Counted from the stretch's first letter, positions 41,431-56,149 are shown. The stretch: DNA of 64,000 bases from Octopus vulgaris (GCA_951406725.2 OX597837.1:744001-808000), one strand, 5' to 3'. The notes: a model not told the origin generated them from the sequence alone. Program-made: numbers and translations.

Positions 41431-41722
41431 TTTTGTTGTGTCTGGAGAGGGTCATAGTGCCTTAATATAACACACTCACCGGTTCAATTTCCACTCATTT
41501 ATTTATTGATTGATTGATTGATTCCATTCTATAAAAAGCTTTTTCATCGTTGAGTTTTTGCACCCGTGTCAATGGATTTTGACTGCCAAAATCTATTGAT
41601 ACAGATACAAAAACGCAGCAGCGAAAAAGCTTTCTGGAATAAATAAATAAATAAATGAGTGGAAATTGAACCAGTGGGTGTGTTACATTAACACACTATG
41701 ACTCTCTCCAGACACAACAAAA
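41431..41722. repeat. ~290-bp imperfect fold-back (palindrome)
   Basis: TTTTGTTGTGTCTGGAGAG..GTCATAGTG pairs with CACTATGAC..CTCTCCAGACACAACAAAA. The centre is GATTTTG-ACTGC-CAAAATC near 41576-41594. Confidence 0.9.
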
Positions 41723-42791
41723 TTTGTTTCGACACTCAATTCACACAAGGAACCTTGCAAACCTGATCAATATACATGTGACCAGGCGTCATTATCATCA
41801 ACAAGAAATTTCCTGGTCTCGTATCAATGCTAGAATCTTATGATTCATCCTATATCACTAACAGGAATAAATCATTCTTAGAAACATATCATTAAGTCAT
41901 GAGTTCATATTTTTTATGATACAATTATTATCGTGGCTGCAGCAATGGTCGCTAGGGGACTTAGGCGTTTGAGAAATTGAACACGAAAGCGCTTGCACAC
42001 ATAATACAGAAACGTCTGTGTCATTCTTGTTTCCGAAAAAATTTTTTTACATTAGTTAAGAACACTTAGGAAAATCTTTTTTTAAACACATACATACATA
42101 AATACATACATACATACAAACATAAATAGACACACACATATGTATATGCACGTCCATGTACCAGTTTTTGAACACGGCTTATAGACACTCAGGAATATAT
42201 TTTTGGGCGCCTCCCCTCCATCCCACAGAGCTGAAATCGGTTTTTAGGTCGAGAACCAGCACAATACAAAGAAACACGCTTTAGTTGACTGCAAAAAACG
42301 AGTGCAACGTTACGAAACAAAATGCCTGTAGCACAAATCGAAACGCTGCTCCATAAGACAACAGGTTGGATAAACATAGAATATTTATTTTGTTATCTAT
42401 AAATTAAATTGAATGCTTCCGATATTCGATAAGTTAATAGGAGAGGAAGAATAGAGGGAGATTTTGATAGAAATTGTAGAAATGCTACAGAACAAATCTT
42501 AATGCCTTGTCTTAATGTATCTACATAATCTGGTTCTGTTAAGGTAGAAATCTCCCTTGGATAAAGCTGAACAATACATATACAAGAGATAAGATTCCAC
42601 TGCCAATATCTTTCTCCAGCTTACATTCTAAGAACAAAATAAAAACAAAAACACCCGGAATCAATAGGTAATCGATATTGCTATACAGAAATTAAATTTT
42701 AAACTATTTAATTAAATCTACAACGGTGTATTTATTTATCAAACGCATCGACCGAAAGCTACATTGGCAATGACAAAACGAAATGCATGCG

Positions 42792-42869
<78 letters not shown>

Positions 42870-42898
42870 CCTATCTATCTATCTATCTATCTATCTAC

Positions 42899-42956
<58 letters not shown>

Positions 42957-43323
42957 ATCTATCTATCTATCTATCTACCTATCTAGCTATATATCCGTAC
43001 TTATGTATGCATACATATATGCAAAGTTCTGGATAGATAACTGGATTTCGTTAGACTTTTAACTAAATTAAATATTTTAATGTTAAATATATAATATTCA
43101 GGGGATAAGGCGAATTACATCTAATTATGTACGTGCGTATGCTTATATGTGTGCGTATGTGTGACTTGTGTGTATGTTTCTCCTAGTACAACTGTTCGGG
43201 TACATTTAGCAAAAAGCAATTGAAGTACCTGTGTCTATATATATTTAGATATGTGTGTGCATGTTTATTGTGTGCCTTTGTAGCAACGCACGAACAAGGA
43301 ATATATATATATGTGCGTTTGTG

Positions 43324-43376
<53 letters not shown>

Positions 43377-43714
43377 GCACATATGCATAAGAATATTTGA
43401 CTTCCTTTTCAACATCATATTAGCGAAGGATTTTAATCCAAAGCTGGTGTTTGTTAAGCTGTACCATTGCAACAAGCCAATGACAAACCTTGTACGTGGT
43501 AGCGTGATATGGTAGAAATAGCAGCAAAGCCTTTCACAAAAAAAGAGTAGGAGAAGGCTTTGTATAATATCGCCCAACATCCATACTGACTGAAATAGAT
43601 GGCCATGGGTGGTAAATGTATGATTAAAGACCTTCTGGATTAGGGTCAGTTTGTGGTGAAGCTACTGTAACAAGAAACGAAAATGAGTGATTTAACCGCC
43701 AAAATTGTAATATG

Positions 43715-43836
43715 AACATAATTCCGCGTTCAGACCCACTGCGTGGCACCTTGAGCATATGTATTCTACTATAGCCCCGGGCCGATCAAAGCCTTGTCAG
43801 TGGATTTTGTAGACGGTAACTGCAAGAAGCCCGTCG

Positions 43837-43877
<41 letters not shown>

Positions 43878-44100
43878 CTATGTGTCTCTCTTTGTCTCCG
43901 CATCGTCGCTTGACAACCGCTGTTGGTATTATGTACGTTCCCATAATCTAGCGTTTCGGCAAAAGAGACCGACAAAATAAGTACTAGTCTTATAAAGAAT
44001 ATAGTACTGAAGTTGATTTGTTCCACTAAAATCCTTGAAGGCGATGCTCCAGCATGGCTGCAGTCAAACCACTGAAGCGAATAAAATAATAAAAGAGTAA
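43715..44100 (+). mobile_element. SINE with internal microsatellite (family of 54777-55185)
   Basis: Head GTTCAGACCCACTGCGTGGCACC, internal (TA)/(TG)n and tail CCAGCATGGCTGCAGTCAAA. Other copies or fragments at ~5020-5175, 9195-9335(-), 9930-10095, 11900-12050, 16390-16725(-), 27950-28320(-), 30020-30175, 37430-37640, 38415-38600, 45760-46100, 52960-53135(-), 62968-63125 and 63770-64000. Confidence 0.88.
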
Positions 44101-44409
44101 AACCATATAAGATATAATTTGATCGTGGGACCCAACCGTTGTGAATAAAATTTGATGGATGGAAACCGTGTGGAGCCGTGATTTTCAACCGAGGTCCACA
44201 TGACCGTAAGGGCTCCATATAAGACCTTGTCATTAAAATTTACGTGCGATAAGTTGGTTGTATCTCTACAGTACAGAAAATATTTTAACATTCTTTTTAT
44301 ACAATTCCCAATAATATTTAATTGGCTACTAGGGTCCAGTAGAATAAAATATAAAATAGGAACCAATATAGGAACTAATTGGGGGAAAATGGAACGGGTG
44401 TAGAAGAAC

Positions 44410-44464
<55 letters not shown>

Positions 44465-45812
44465 ATTCTTATCATTGGGTTGTGCTTTTCTCCCTTCGTT
44501 TGGTTTAAATCGAGCTCTTTGACCTTTAGTTGTCATAATTCGTCGTTTGCTTCGAGATAAACCCTTGACTCTTGGATATACTTTTCATTTGTGGTTTGGT
44601 TTAACGCAACTCCCTGACCCTTTCCAAGGAATGCACTTTGTTCAAACTCCGATTCCAATATTAGAAGACTGGCAGAATGGTTAGCACGCTAGACAAAACA
44701 CTTGTTAGCATTTTCTGTCTTTACGTTCAAATTCCGCCGAGGTCAACTTCGCCTTTCATCCTTTCGGGGTCTATAAAGTAAGTACCAACTAATCACTGGG
44801 TTCAATGTAATCGACTTACCAGCTCCATCGAAATTGCCGGCCTTGTGACAAAAGTTGAAACCATGGTTAGAAGACTTCATCCTTTCTTTCAACATGTCTG
44901 CGGGTTCCTCGATGAGTATCATGGACGCTTTCTCCACCACCTTCTCACCAAACTATTAAAAAAACAATCCAATATCCATTTGGAAACAAAAATTCTTCAG
45001 CAATTTCATTCGATTCAGGAATTACGCAATCAAGTTCTCCAAGACATTTCAGTATTACTATTGCTTATGTAAATTCCACAGATTACATAAATTCAAAGAA
45101 ACAGGACAACGAGAGAAGCAAATTAATTAAAGTGAATCTCAAAATTTTTTTTTTCTTTGAAACCGAGAAGTCGACAGAGAATTGTTACAAGACAACATGA
45201 TTTTGACTTCAAATTTTATCTTATAGACAAAAAAGGGGAAAAAGGGGGTATGTCGATTATATCGACCCCAGTGCATGGCTGGTGCTTACTTTATCGACCT
45301 CGAAAGGATGAAAAGCAAAGTCGACCTCGATGGGATTTGAACTCAGAACGTCAAGACAAAATACAGCTAAGGATTTTGCCCGCCGTGCTAATGTTTCTTA
45401 TTTCTTTATTGCCCACAAGGAGCCAAACATAGAGGGAACAAACAAGGACAGACAAAGGGACCAAGTCGATTACATCGACCCCAGTGTGTAAATGGTACTT
45501 AATTCATCGACCCGAAAGGATGAAAGGCAAAGTCGACCTTGGCGGAATTTTAAACTCAGAACGCAACGGCGGACGAAATACCGCTAAGCATTTCGCCCGG
45601 TTTGCTAACTTTTCTGCCAACTCACCGCCCTCACAATTAACCTGATGGCGATAACGAAAGGATCTGACGCAACACAAATACTAAGGAAGTGGACATTTGA
45701 AGAAATAAACCATATTAACGTTTAAGTATGGTTGTTGCAGACCTGCTTCGGAGGCAAAAATCTCGCTTAGCAACTACGGGGTTTCGGGTTCAGTCAGTGT
45801 GAAAGCTCGTCG

Positions 45813-45875
<63 letters not shown>

Positions 45876-47071
45876 GTGTGTGTGTGTATAAGTATATATG
45901 TGTCTGTGATTGTTTACCATCACAACTTGATAAACGGTGTTGGTTGGTTTACATCCTTGTAACCTGGCAGTACGGTAAAAAGAAACCGATAGACTAAGTA
46001 CCAGTTTTTAAAAAATAAGAACTGTGTTCGATTTTGTTCGACGAAACCCTTCATGGTGGTGCTCCATCATCGCCGTAATCCAATAACTGAAATGAAATAT
46101 AAAAGATTTAGTTCAAATATGAAGGTTGGTGGCCTCGAGGTTAGGGTATTGGGCTAAAGACCATTAGGTAGTGGGTTCGATTTTCGGGCTGGGCACAGCG
46201 TTTTTTTTTCAATTTCCGTCTACCAAATCAATTGATCGTCGGTGTAGTAGAAGACATTCTCTCAAGATGTCACGCAGTGGGACTGAAACCGGTTGGGAAG
46301 TAAACCTCTTATTACACAGGCATGCCGGCAAAGACTATTTTTCCATTCATTTGAAGATGACAAAAGACGTTAATTTATCCAAAGAGACAAAATCTTTACG
46401 ACACAACTAAGTACCATACCGAAGTTTGCGATGAGTTGGAAGTCTTTTAAATATGAATGCTTATGTTTAAAGCACAGAAAACAAGACATTTCGAGAACGA
46501 AAATAATTTCAATGTATACCATTACATCTTGTTGTATGTGAATTCGAAGGAGTTCTATGTCTATGAAACGTGTTATGGAGAAGAGATAATGTTGGAATGA
46601 ATGGCGATTGTATTGAAGCGATGAGAAAACACAGGTTTATAGATGTAAGGGTCAGGTAAAGAGAAAGACTATGAGTTGAATATCTCTAGATTTACTACTG
46701 AGCCAGGAGAGGAATAAATATAGATAGCAGCCATTTTGAATAACACTTTTCAAACAAATGTTTGTGCGCGTGTGGGTGCAAGGGAGGAAGGTTTGTTGCG
46801 CCTGTGAGTGTGTATGTGTGTGTGTAGGGTGGGTACTTTGTGTACATATATGTATGTACAACGGTATCACCAGTCATATACTGTTACACACACACACACG
46901 CACACACACAAGCACGCGTACACACATATGTGATCATATATATATATATACATATATACATGTATAGTTTATATATATAAACATATACATACGTATATAT
47001 ATATATGTATATATATATATGTGTGTGTGTGTGTTGCTATGTATATATATATGTGTGGAGAATGTGTATAT

Positions 47072-47105
<34 letters not shown>

Positions 47106-49282
47106 GCATAAATATGTAAATGCCCGTATATTTTAATATGTTGTCTTATATACTCTTGTGCTTAAATACAGCAATTTATACGTGCAGATGCACATAACTA
47201 CACACTTATATGCATATTTACACACACGTACATATGCGCACAGATGTATATATATATATATATGACACACACATACACACCAATAACTCACGCATGTACA
47301 CTTGAATACATACGCACACACACACACCTTGCTTCCTATACACCCACACAGATACAACCATAAGCATGTATATATATATAATTTACATATATATATATAT
47401 ATATATAATATAATATAATATATATGTGTGTGTGTTTATGTCGGTGTGTTCATTATAAGAGCTGAGTTAATATTCAGCCTTTCTAATCCGGTCTTAAGAT
47501 AATCCATTTACAAATCTTCAATATTCTCTACAACGGAATGTATAAATCTTAGTTACATGTAAGGCTTCTTTACACCACATTGAACATACATGCACACTGG
47601 CGAACACATCTACAGGTGCAGTCAATATATATGTGTGTGTATGTATACATACATGCACACTGACACACACACACACACTCATACATACAAGCTAACATAC
47701 ACACACACACACACACACATAAATAGATATATACTTGCTCAAACAAGTACACATAGAAAATAAACACAATTATATGAATCTATACACGTATAAATAGACA
47801 CATACAAACTTGCTACATGTGTGTGTGTGAGGGTGTGGCTGTAAATATACAGTTCATACACATATTTATGAAATAATTTTATTCAGATATAGAAGACAAA
47901 ATACACATACATGAGTACACACAGAAAACGCACTCACTCGCACACACACATGCCCACACACATACACATTCACAAGCGCGCGCACACGCACACACACACA
48001 CACAGATGTAATATACATAGTGAGTGTAGTTGTATTCATACTTGGTTTTACTATTGTATCAAATAATTTCGACACAGCCGCGTAGTCAGTTTCCAGTCGA
48101 CTTTCGTTGTAGTTGTGGAAGTAATGTATACAAGATGGCGACACGTCACATGATGTATGACGTCTCCAGTGACGTCTCCAGTTTTTGTCAGTTTCCTCTG
48201 AAATGAAAAATAGGTAACAACAATAGCAAGTGACTGTATAGGGACGACGGCTGCACTGGCGAGATTGCCGATATGTCTTGCTGAAACAAGTAATAACCAG
48301 TTTTAAAAGATTAATCAGCAAACAATAATAAGAAAAGCTAATCTTTCATCAGCCAACTTCTGCGTTCCTTGTTTCAAACCTAAGCCACAGCCTTTTATTA
48401 AAACATTCAGATTGGTAGAATCCTACAGAATGTGATTAATGAAATACGCGTAGCACAGAATTTAGGAAACATAGAAGCTGTGTGTCCTCTGATGAAGCGC
48501 ATTTCAGAAAGACGAGTGACAAGCGCGGTTAGGCACTCGCATGTACCCACTCGAAACGTACAATGACACCTTACATGTAAGCGAAACAAAAACTCATAAA
48601 TCTATCATACATACGATCGGGTTCATTCTACCTTCGAGTAAGATTACTTTTTTTACATGCGAAGTGAGAAACTTTCTCTTCTTGATGATAAAATACTTCC
48701 ACAAAGACAACTGTCATAAATCCTTTAACGGAAATAATATAAAAGTCAGCTATTCTACATAGCAACATAATTCTTCGACAGAGCTCAAACAGAACAAACA
48801 AGAGAAGAGTTAAAAGCAATTGCCATCACATTGGGTCCTCTCCCTTGCAACAACGCATAAGAACCTACGCCGTTTAGCAAGGCTCTGCGAAAGAAAATAG
48901 TGTAAGTATAGTTTGACGACAGTTTAAAAGAAAACTCATTTAAGAGCTGATTGAACAATCATAAAATACCTTCCATACGCGGTCCCACAATCTTCTATAT
49001 TGCCTCAGGAAGTACATATGATAAAAAAAGTGAGCTCGGCGGCTAACTTGAACAGTTTCATTTCAATCCCAATCTTAAGCAGATGTGTTTAACTGAAAAA
49101 TATATCAAGTCGATGTTGTTTGAACAGGTGCACGGTGTACCACGCGTCGACGTGATCGCTGAGCAAGACGAGGTTAAGTGTATTGCTCAAGAACACAATG
49201 TGTCACCCGATCTAGAAATTGAAATTGAAATTAGGATCGCTAGATCGTGAATGCAACATCCTAATCACAAGCTCGCGCACAA

Positions 49283-49313
<31 letters not shown>

Positions 49314-49719
49314 TATATATGATTGTATGAACGTATATGTAAATCAAAGATCCATCCCGAACCACATTTTCATTCGGCCCCTCCCCTGGATTTCGAGGCT
49401 TATATATTTCGGCTCCCTGGATGGGTTCCCGGTCCATCACAAGATCACTCATCCCTGGCCAGTTAAGTGAACTGGAACAATGCGAAATGGCGTATCTTTC
49501 TCAAGAACACAACCGATTATCCAGTCCAGGAATCGAAACCACAGTCTTACGATCAGGTGTGCATCACTCTAACCACGCAACCCCCACGCACACACACACT
49601 GGTTCGAAAATCGATTAACACTATCAATTTTTTTCCAATCTCCAGAGAAATAGGTGTATTCACCCAATTAGAATTTGTTCTATGTAGGTTTACATATACA
49701 TGCATTAAGACATACAGAT

Positions 49720-50560
49720 ATGGGGGCGGACCGCCTTATTGGGATGAGAGACATTGGTCTTGTGTTGCTAATACCAGGCCATCTGCTTCTGTTTTTAGTC
49801 TACAATTTTCCAGCTGATATTTGCTTTCACTCCTGCTTCCTTCCTTTCCGTCCAGCTGTTGGATATTGACCATGGAGTGGGTTTTCTCTATATTTTCCTT
49901 CAATACATTTTCGAAATACATTTTGATTTTGTCTTTTGTTTCTTTTTTAACCTTTTGAATTGTTTTTCCTAATCTAAATTTGTGAGTTCAGTGTTGTTAG
50001 TTTCCGGTTTCTATTTTATAGTTTTCTTATATATAAAGAACTGCTTATTTTCCTTCATGTTTCCTTATTACATATATTAGGTTCCCTTTCTTTGTTTCGT
50101 ATTTGTTTCTTGTTCTATTACATTGTCTGTTTTACAAGTTTTCTATTTATATCATGCCCCGCCCTCATTATTTGCAGGATAGGTATATTCTGCCTATATC
50201 GACATTGGAATGGTAGCACAGGAATGCTGTCAATAATTTCCTGTTTTTATTTCTAAGCTTTTCAATTCACTTAACATCCCGTGTGTTATACTGAAGCTGT
50301 AAATTTACAACAAAAATGGCCAACATATATTTATTCTCTTATTACTAGAAATGAATTTACTTATTTATATTAAGTCTGGCGTTTCTCTAATACTCTTTCT
50401 TAATTTTATCAATCATTTCTTTGTATTATTTCTTTTATTTGTGTCTGTGCTGCTGAAAGAATTCTCCGATTTCGATGTCTATATCTAATTTACTATTATC
50501 AGTTCCAGTTGATTTATATTTTGTCTGTACCCTGGGGTAGAAAATCTAAGGTTTGTCGTC
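49720..50560 (-). pseudogene. R4/Dong-like LINE relic
   Basis: YSFSI..LSELKSLEIKT, HSNVDIGRIYL..GRGMI (DIDRLY..GGRGL) and LKTEADGLVLATQDQCL (ETEG..AAQDQ). Confidence 0.75.
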
Positions 50561-51629
50561 GAACATGTTTGTTTTGTTTTGTAAATATTCGTTGTTTAAA
50601 AACATGACTGTTTTTTCATCGTCTGGCGAACACGTCGCCAAGAAGTTTGAATAAATCTTCGAATATTTTGTGAAGACGAACATGAATATAGAAAAACAAA
50701 ACTGACCAGAAAGGAAAAATGAAAACTCTTAAAGCAGTAAACACAGACATTGGCACTACGCAAACAAAAAGAAGACAATTTCACAAACTGCAAAGAACAA
50801 TTGAGATGGTAACTGAGACGGCAAGTATTTTGCCAATGTTGTTCACGAAAAAGTAATTCTGAACATGGGTCCGAAGAGGTGAGGGATGGGCGGCGTGCGA
50901 CACTGCAGCGCGTTGTTGCATTCACAATTTATCGATATACTGCCAGGTCCTTCCGGAAGACCCGTCCAGCAGATTGTCGGTCAGACCCCTTCTCTGCGAG
51001 ATACCTCCTCATCTGCCGTGATAAGTAGCATGTAGTCGACCTACACGAACCGACAATCCAGCTGGATTCTCAGCTCCAACTCGGAAAAATCTAGCAGCGT
51101 GGCCCAAAAAAAAGACTGAGCTGGTTCACCCGAATCACACGAGTAACAAGGACACATCCCAGTTTCTGATTAGGGTCGTCTGTTGGATTCGAAACCCAAC
51201 GAACAACTCTGCTCAGAAACTGGCTCGACTCTCAGAATACGAATGTTGGAAGTGAAGTAATCAAAAACTCTCCACTCTCTTTCTCTAGCGATTGTATCGA
51301 GGAGGAAAGGACACGCCGACAGTGTCACATCTTTGATTATCATCCCTGGAGGGACTTTTGGTCTATTCTCAAAGGAGCAACTGAAAGATGCCACGTCTGA
51401 TACATAGATTATTGTATTTCTCTTGATCAAAGAGAGGCATATGAGACTATATGTGTGGTTTTCAAGATGGAAATATAAGGAGGCAAACTGTTTCATAGCT
51501 TCCTTCCTGAAGGCTGGCAACGAAATGCATGAGAGGAATGAAACAGAATGATATTCACCTTAATAGCGAATATAAACTCTTATGTAGTTGTCATCTCGGT
51601 GATGCTATAAGGACAGGATGTGTATAAAC

Positions 51630-51826
51630 CAGCAGTTCTCCACCTTTTTAATATCCGGGCTAGATCCAAAACCAGGATCATTTTAAGGGGGCTGCATTAA
51701 AAAAACTAAATCACAGGGGAATTAAAGAAAACTTTATTATATTTATAAAGGGAAGACCGCCGATGGCTGCCGGAATGATGACTGAGGGCCGCATGCGGCA
51801 GCGAGAGTCGCGGTTGAGAACTGCTG
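51630..51826. mobile_element. hAT-type MITE
   Basis: TIRs CAGCAGTTCTCCACC / GGTTGAGAACTGCTG with an 8-bp TSD GTATAAAC (51622-29) / GTGTAAAC (51827-34). Confidence 0.9.
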
Positions 51827-53183
51827 GTGTAAACCTTTAGCTTCTAGTCACCTTCTTGACGCTTTATAAGCAAATAATAATCGTAAATGTAACCAAAAGC
51901 TGCATGTGATAGAGGGCCCAAATGGATTTGGGGTCTCAACGACGTCCCAGACCCCAAATCCATCGCAAGTGCAGGAAGAAGAGCATGTTTGGGGATGAAA
52001 GGTATAAAGCGCAGACATTACAAATGCGGCAGTGAGAGTGACAGGAAAACTTTTCACTCTGAGCCGGGAGAAAGCAGAGGGAAAGGACGGACTGCAACAG
52101 AGCTAGAAATAAAAGCCGCAGGATACAGAATTTATAGTCGCAATAAAACCACTGTTCTCAGATCAAGAGATGGCAGAAAAAATATTTTATCGTCCTTAAT
52201 CTTAGCTGTCGATAAAGGCCATGGTAGAAAGCCCACCCCCAGGAGCATTACGTCAGCATTTTGTGATGAAGAACGAATGGTGGCTGAAGAATTAATCCTT
52301 TTTATTCTAGGTAAATTGCCTGAAATTTTAGATGTTGGGCTTAGTTGATTACATCTACCCTAGTATTTGACTGATACTTATTGCATCGATTCCGAAAGGA
52401 TGACAGACAAATTGGGCGGAATTTGAACTCAGAACGCAAAGAAGAACGAAATGCCACAATACATTTTTCCGGCGTGCTAACGATTCTGCCAGGTGACCGC
52501 CTTAAAAAGATAATGCAAGCTGTGGGTGGTGAAAATGGAGAAAAATCGCCGAATAGCGTTAAAAAAAACCCCAGCTCCATAACAATGCAATGAGAGGATA
52601 GGTGGGATTTCAGGGAAATTTTGGATGCTATTTCAGTAACAGGCTGAACGACAACGTAGAAGCTTCCTCGTTTAATATAGGTGAAGGTCGTAGCGTTGGT
52701 GTTTGTGGTGATGGTGATGGTGGTGGTGGTGATGGTGGTGATGGTGGCAGTGGTGGTGGTGATGGTGGCGGAGGAGATGGTGATAGTGAAGCTTGTTTAT
52801 GATGATGATGATGATGGTGATGGTAATGAAGCGCTGATTATCGATCTGTTATTCGGGTGTCGAGGAATTGTTCTTCAAGAAGGTTGGTTGTTGTTGTTTA
52901 CTTCCCGCTGGAACCCGATTGTGCTCTTTCTCTTTTTTTCTTTCACTTTGTTTTAGTCTTTGGGCTGCTCCCATGCTGGAGCAGCGCCTTGAAAGGATTC
53001 AGTCGAACAAATCCACACCAGTACTTACAGTTCTGAAGTTTGGTAATTAGTCTATCGGTTTCTTTTGGCCAAACTGCTAAGTTACGAGGATTTATACAAC
53101 CCTACACCTGTTGTCAAACTCTGGTGGGGGGATACACAAATACTCACACACAAATACGAGCACATACACATACATGCATGCAT

Positions 53184-53214
<31 letters not shown>

Positions 53215-53351
53215 TATATATATATGTCTATAACATATATGGATATGTATAAATAAATATATATACATATACTCATATACTTTTATTGTTTTATCCTTTC
53301 ATACTTTCTGCCCTTGGGCTGCGGCCATGGTGGATCACCGCCAATTAAAAA

Positions 53352-53393
<42 letters not shown>

Positions 53394-53399
53394 CGAGCT

Positions 53400-54015
53400 T
53401 ATTGTATACATTGCTCAGGTACTCTACAACTCATGAGAAAAGGTAGCCAAAAGGGCCGTGTACAGCACATAGAATGATGCACAGAAAGTGAACAGTGAGT
53501 GAGACGTTTAAAACAAAAAAGCGGGTGGGGTGAGGCATCAGATGTACTGTTGGTGGATTTCAGGAAGCATGGAAGTTTTGAAGGACGTAATGTCACGACA
53601 TCTAACAACTGATGCAGATAGTTTATTCCATGCTTCAGCAATTCTGAGCATGACAAAATGTTCCTGAAAGTCATGGGTGCTGTGTTGTATTTTGATTTTA
53701 TAAGCATGTCTGCGAGTGTTTGTCATATGGAATTCATAAAGATACCCAGAGTTGTTGTTGGAAGGATGGGGAATAATCTTGTTGGTGTCAACCAAGTCTG
53801 ATGCCAGACGTCTGAGCTCCAATGTATCCATACCCAGGGAAGCAAGACGTTCAGAGCATGGTAGATGCCTGGCGGCGAGTATTCGTTTTGTTGCTCGTTT
53901 CTGAACAGTTTCCAGAATATTGGTATGCAGAGTAAGGTAGGGGTTCCAGATTGGTGATGCAAACTATAAGTGTGGATGTACCAGTGTCATATACAGCTTT
54001 AAATAGTTAGAGAGG
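53400..54015 (-). pseudogene. CR1-clade LINE 3' fragment
   Basis: LYMTLVHPHL*FASPIWNPY...TLELRRLASDL...NTRRHAYKI..FVMLRIAEAWNKL, the CR1 TRGH..K..R....WN.L C-terminus. Confidence 0.88.
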
Positions 54016-54139
54016 GGCTCATATCATTGAGTTCTGTCTGCTGTGCGAGATTTAAGGGCAAGTTATCGACCTGCGGCCTGTCTCGTGGTCTTCGAAAAAT
54101 CTCTCCATAATTCATTTGCTTCTGTATTTCCGCATTTAG

Positions 54140-54700
54140 AAATATTTGGATGTGTTATTCATCTCAGACAGTCTATTTGGCAGAAGATATGTGCACTTGG
54201 TGAGATACAACACGGATGAAAGATTTCAGCTTAAAATTAAGTGTTTTTGCGCTTTAGCATTTTTACCAATTGAAGACGTTGTAAATGGATTTGAAGATTT
54301 GTCTGATGATGAAAGCATCTCTTCTGAGTTTATCACTTATTTTGAGAATTCATATATTGGGACTGTAAGGGTCTCCACCGACGAAGAGAAACCCCACAGT
54401 TTCCTTATCCAACTCTGGAATATACACGATCGCGTTTTAAGTGACTTGCCAAGAGCAAATAAATCGGTAGAAGGGATATTTTGCAGTCATCGATAACATC
54501 CAGACATCCACATTTATGGAAACTATGCAATGCCCTTAAGACAAAAGAAGGCTTAAGCCAGATGAAAATTGCGTACATCCGACGTGGAGAGTCGACAACA
54601 AAGAAAAAAAAAAAAATAAAACCTAAAGTAGCCAGTTGAGAATTATTAATCTGAAAATGCTCTGCAATTTTTAAGAAATATTGCACGCAATTTGTCATAA
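54140..54700 (+). pseudogene. Mutator-like (MULE) transposase C-terminal relic
   Basis: CALAFLPIEDV..FITYFENSYIG..LWNIHDR..LPRANKSVEG..HPHLWKL matches MULE RTNN..EG.H / HP.IW motifs. A probable TIR remnant lies at ~55210-55246 beyond an inserted SINE. Confidence 0.85.
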
Positions 54701-54776
54701 AAGAGTTTTCTTCAAATAATTTTAACTTTTTTCATCACTTTATTTTTATGTCCTCGCCATCATTTAAAAAAATCTT

Positions 54777-55185
54777 AGTGGCTGTGTGGTAAGTAGCTTG
54801 CTAAACAACCACATGGTTCCGGGTTCAGTCCCACTGCGTGGCATCTTGGGCAAGTGTCTTCTGCTATAGCCCCGGGCCGACCAATGCCTTGTGGGTGGAT
54901 TTGGTAGACAGAAACTGATAGAAGCCTGTCGTATATATGTATATATATATATGTATGTGTGTGTGTTTGTGTGCCTGTGTTTGTCCCCCTAGCATTGCTT
55001 GACAACCGATGCTGGTGTGTTTACGTCCCCGTTACTTAGCGGTTCGGCAAAAGAGACTGATAGAATAAGTACCGGGCTTACAAAGAATAAGTCCCGGGGT
55101 CGATTTGCTCGACTAAAGGCGGTGCTCCAGCATGGCCGCAGTCAAATGACTGAAACAAGTAAAAGAGTAAAAGAGTAAAAGAGTA
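54777..55185 (+). mobile_element. Full-length tRNA-derived SINE (best-preserved copy)
   Basis: A-box TGGCTGTGTGGT, B-box GGTTCAGTCCC, internal microsatellite, 3' stem-loop CAGTC-AAAT-GACTG and (GTAAAAGA)3 tail. Confidence 0.93.
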
Positions 55186-55282
55186 ATCTAAAATATATTC
55201 ATATTACCTATAGTGAAATTGACCGCAATAGAATTGACCTAGAACCATATACATAAACACACACACACACTCACAAACACAC

Positions 55283-55359
<77 letters not shown>

Positions 55360-55399
55360 CATGCATACATACATATATATGCATATAAAACTTAGATAA

Positions 55400-56105
55400 A
55401 CTTAGATGTTTCGACCAAAGATTGGCCCAGGCCATGTCTAGCTTAATAACACCACCTGATAGGATTATCTAAATCCTTTTTAAGTCAGGTTTTGTGGTAT
55501 TATGGTCCATTCAAGTAGTGAGTTCTTGTTGAGTGAGTTGTATCCAGGTATAGGTGGCTTATCTGGTATTCCTTGAAGAAATTTGTCCAGGCTCTGTTTA
55601 AAGGTGATGGGATCCTCTTCCTCTTTGATCAGTTTTGGGACAATGTTAAACAAGGCAGGGCCTGTTGAGGAAAAGAATTTGTGTCGCAGTGTACCTATAT
55701 GTTGTGATCCTGAATTGAGCAGGGGACTATGGCCCGTGGTCCAGCCTTGAATGAACCTTGAAAGTAATGTTCAGATCGTTTGGGCAATGCTGGCAGTATA
55801 TTCTCCACATCGTGTAAATGATGTACCGCTCGCGGCGGCGGCGCTGGAGAGAGTAGAGTTTCAAGGCTTTAAGGCGGTCCCAGTAATCGAGATGTTTTGT
55901 TTCGAGATGTTTTGTTTTGTATCGGGAGACCACAAGGGGCAGCAGTATTCGAAGTGTGGCCGTACAAAGGAGGACAAACGGGGAATGATGACACCTTGTT
56001 CTTTGGACCGGAAGGTTCTTAAGATCCATGAACTCATCCTACGAGCTATATCGACCTTATTGTTGATGTGGGCATTCCAACTTTATTATCAACAATTATA
56101 CCTAG
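55400..56105 (-). pseudogene. CR1-group LINE 3' fragment
   Basis: HLDYWDRLKALKLYSLQRRRRERYII...GPALFNIVPK, with frameshifts. Confidence 0.85.
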
Positions 56106-56116
56106 GTCTCTGTATG

Positions 56117-56149
<33 letters not shown>

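Noticed and set aside
50600-52270. Non-repetitive, LINE-like-looking sequence (possible Tx1/APE relics)
   Set aside because: Too decayed to assign a family from motifs by eye.
55010-55070. HDV-like ribozyme resemblance in the SINE body (GCTGG..ACGTCCCCGTTACTTAGCGG)
   Set aside because: An L3-like TCCCCGT and a weak P1 can be drawn, but I could not build P2/P3 and the catalytic J4/2 strand consistently.
55125-55165. SINE tail AGTC-AAAT-GACT-GAAAC-AA-GTA looks like a hammerhead 3' half
   Set aside because: There is no CUGANGA core or stem I in any copy. It is better explained as the LINE-derived 3' stem-loop.
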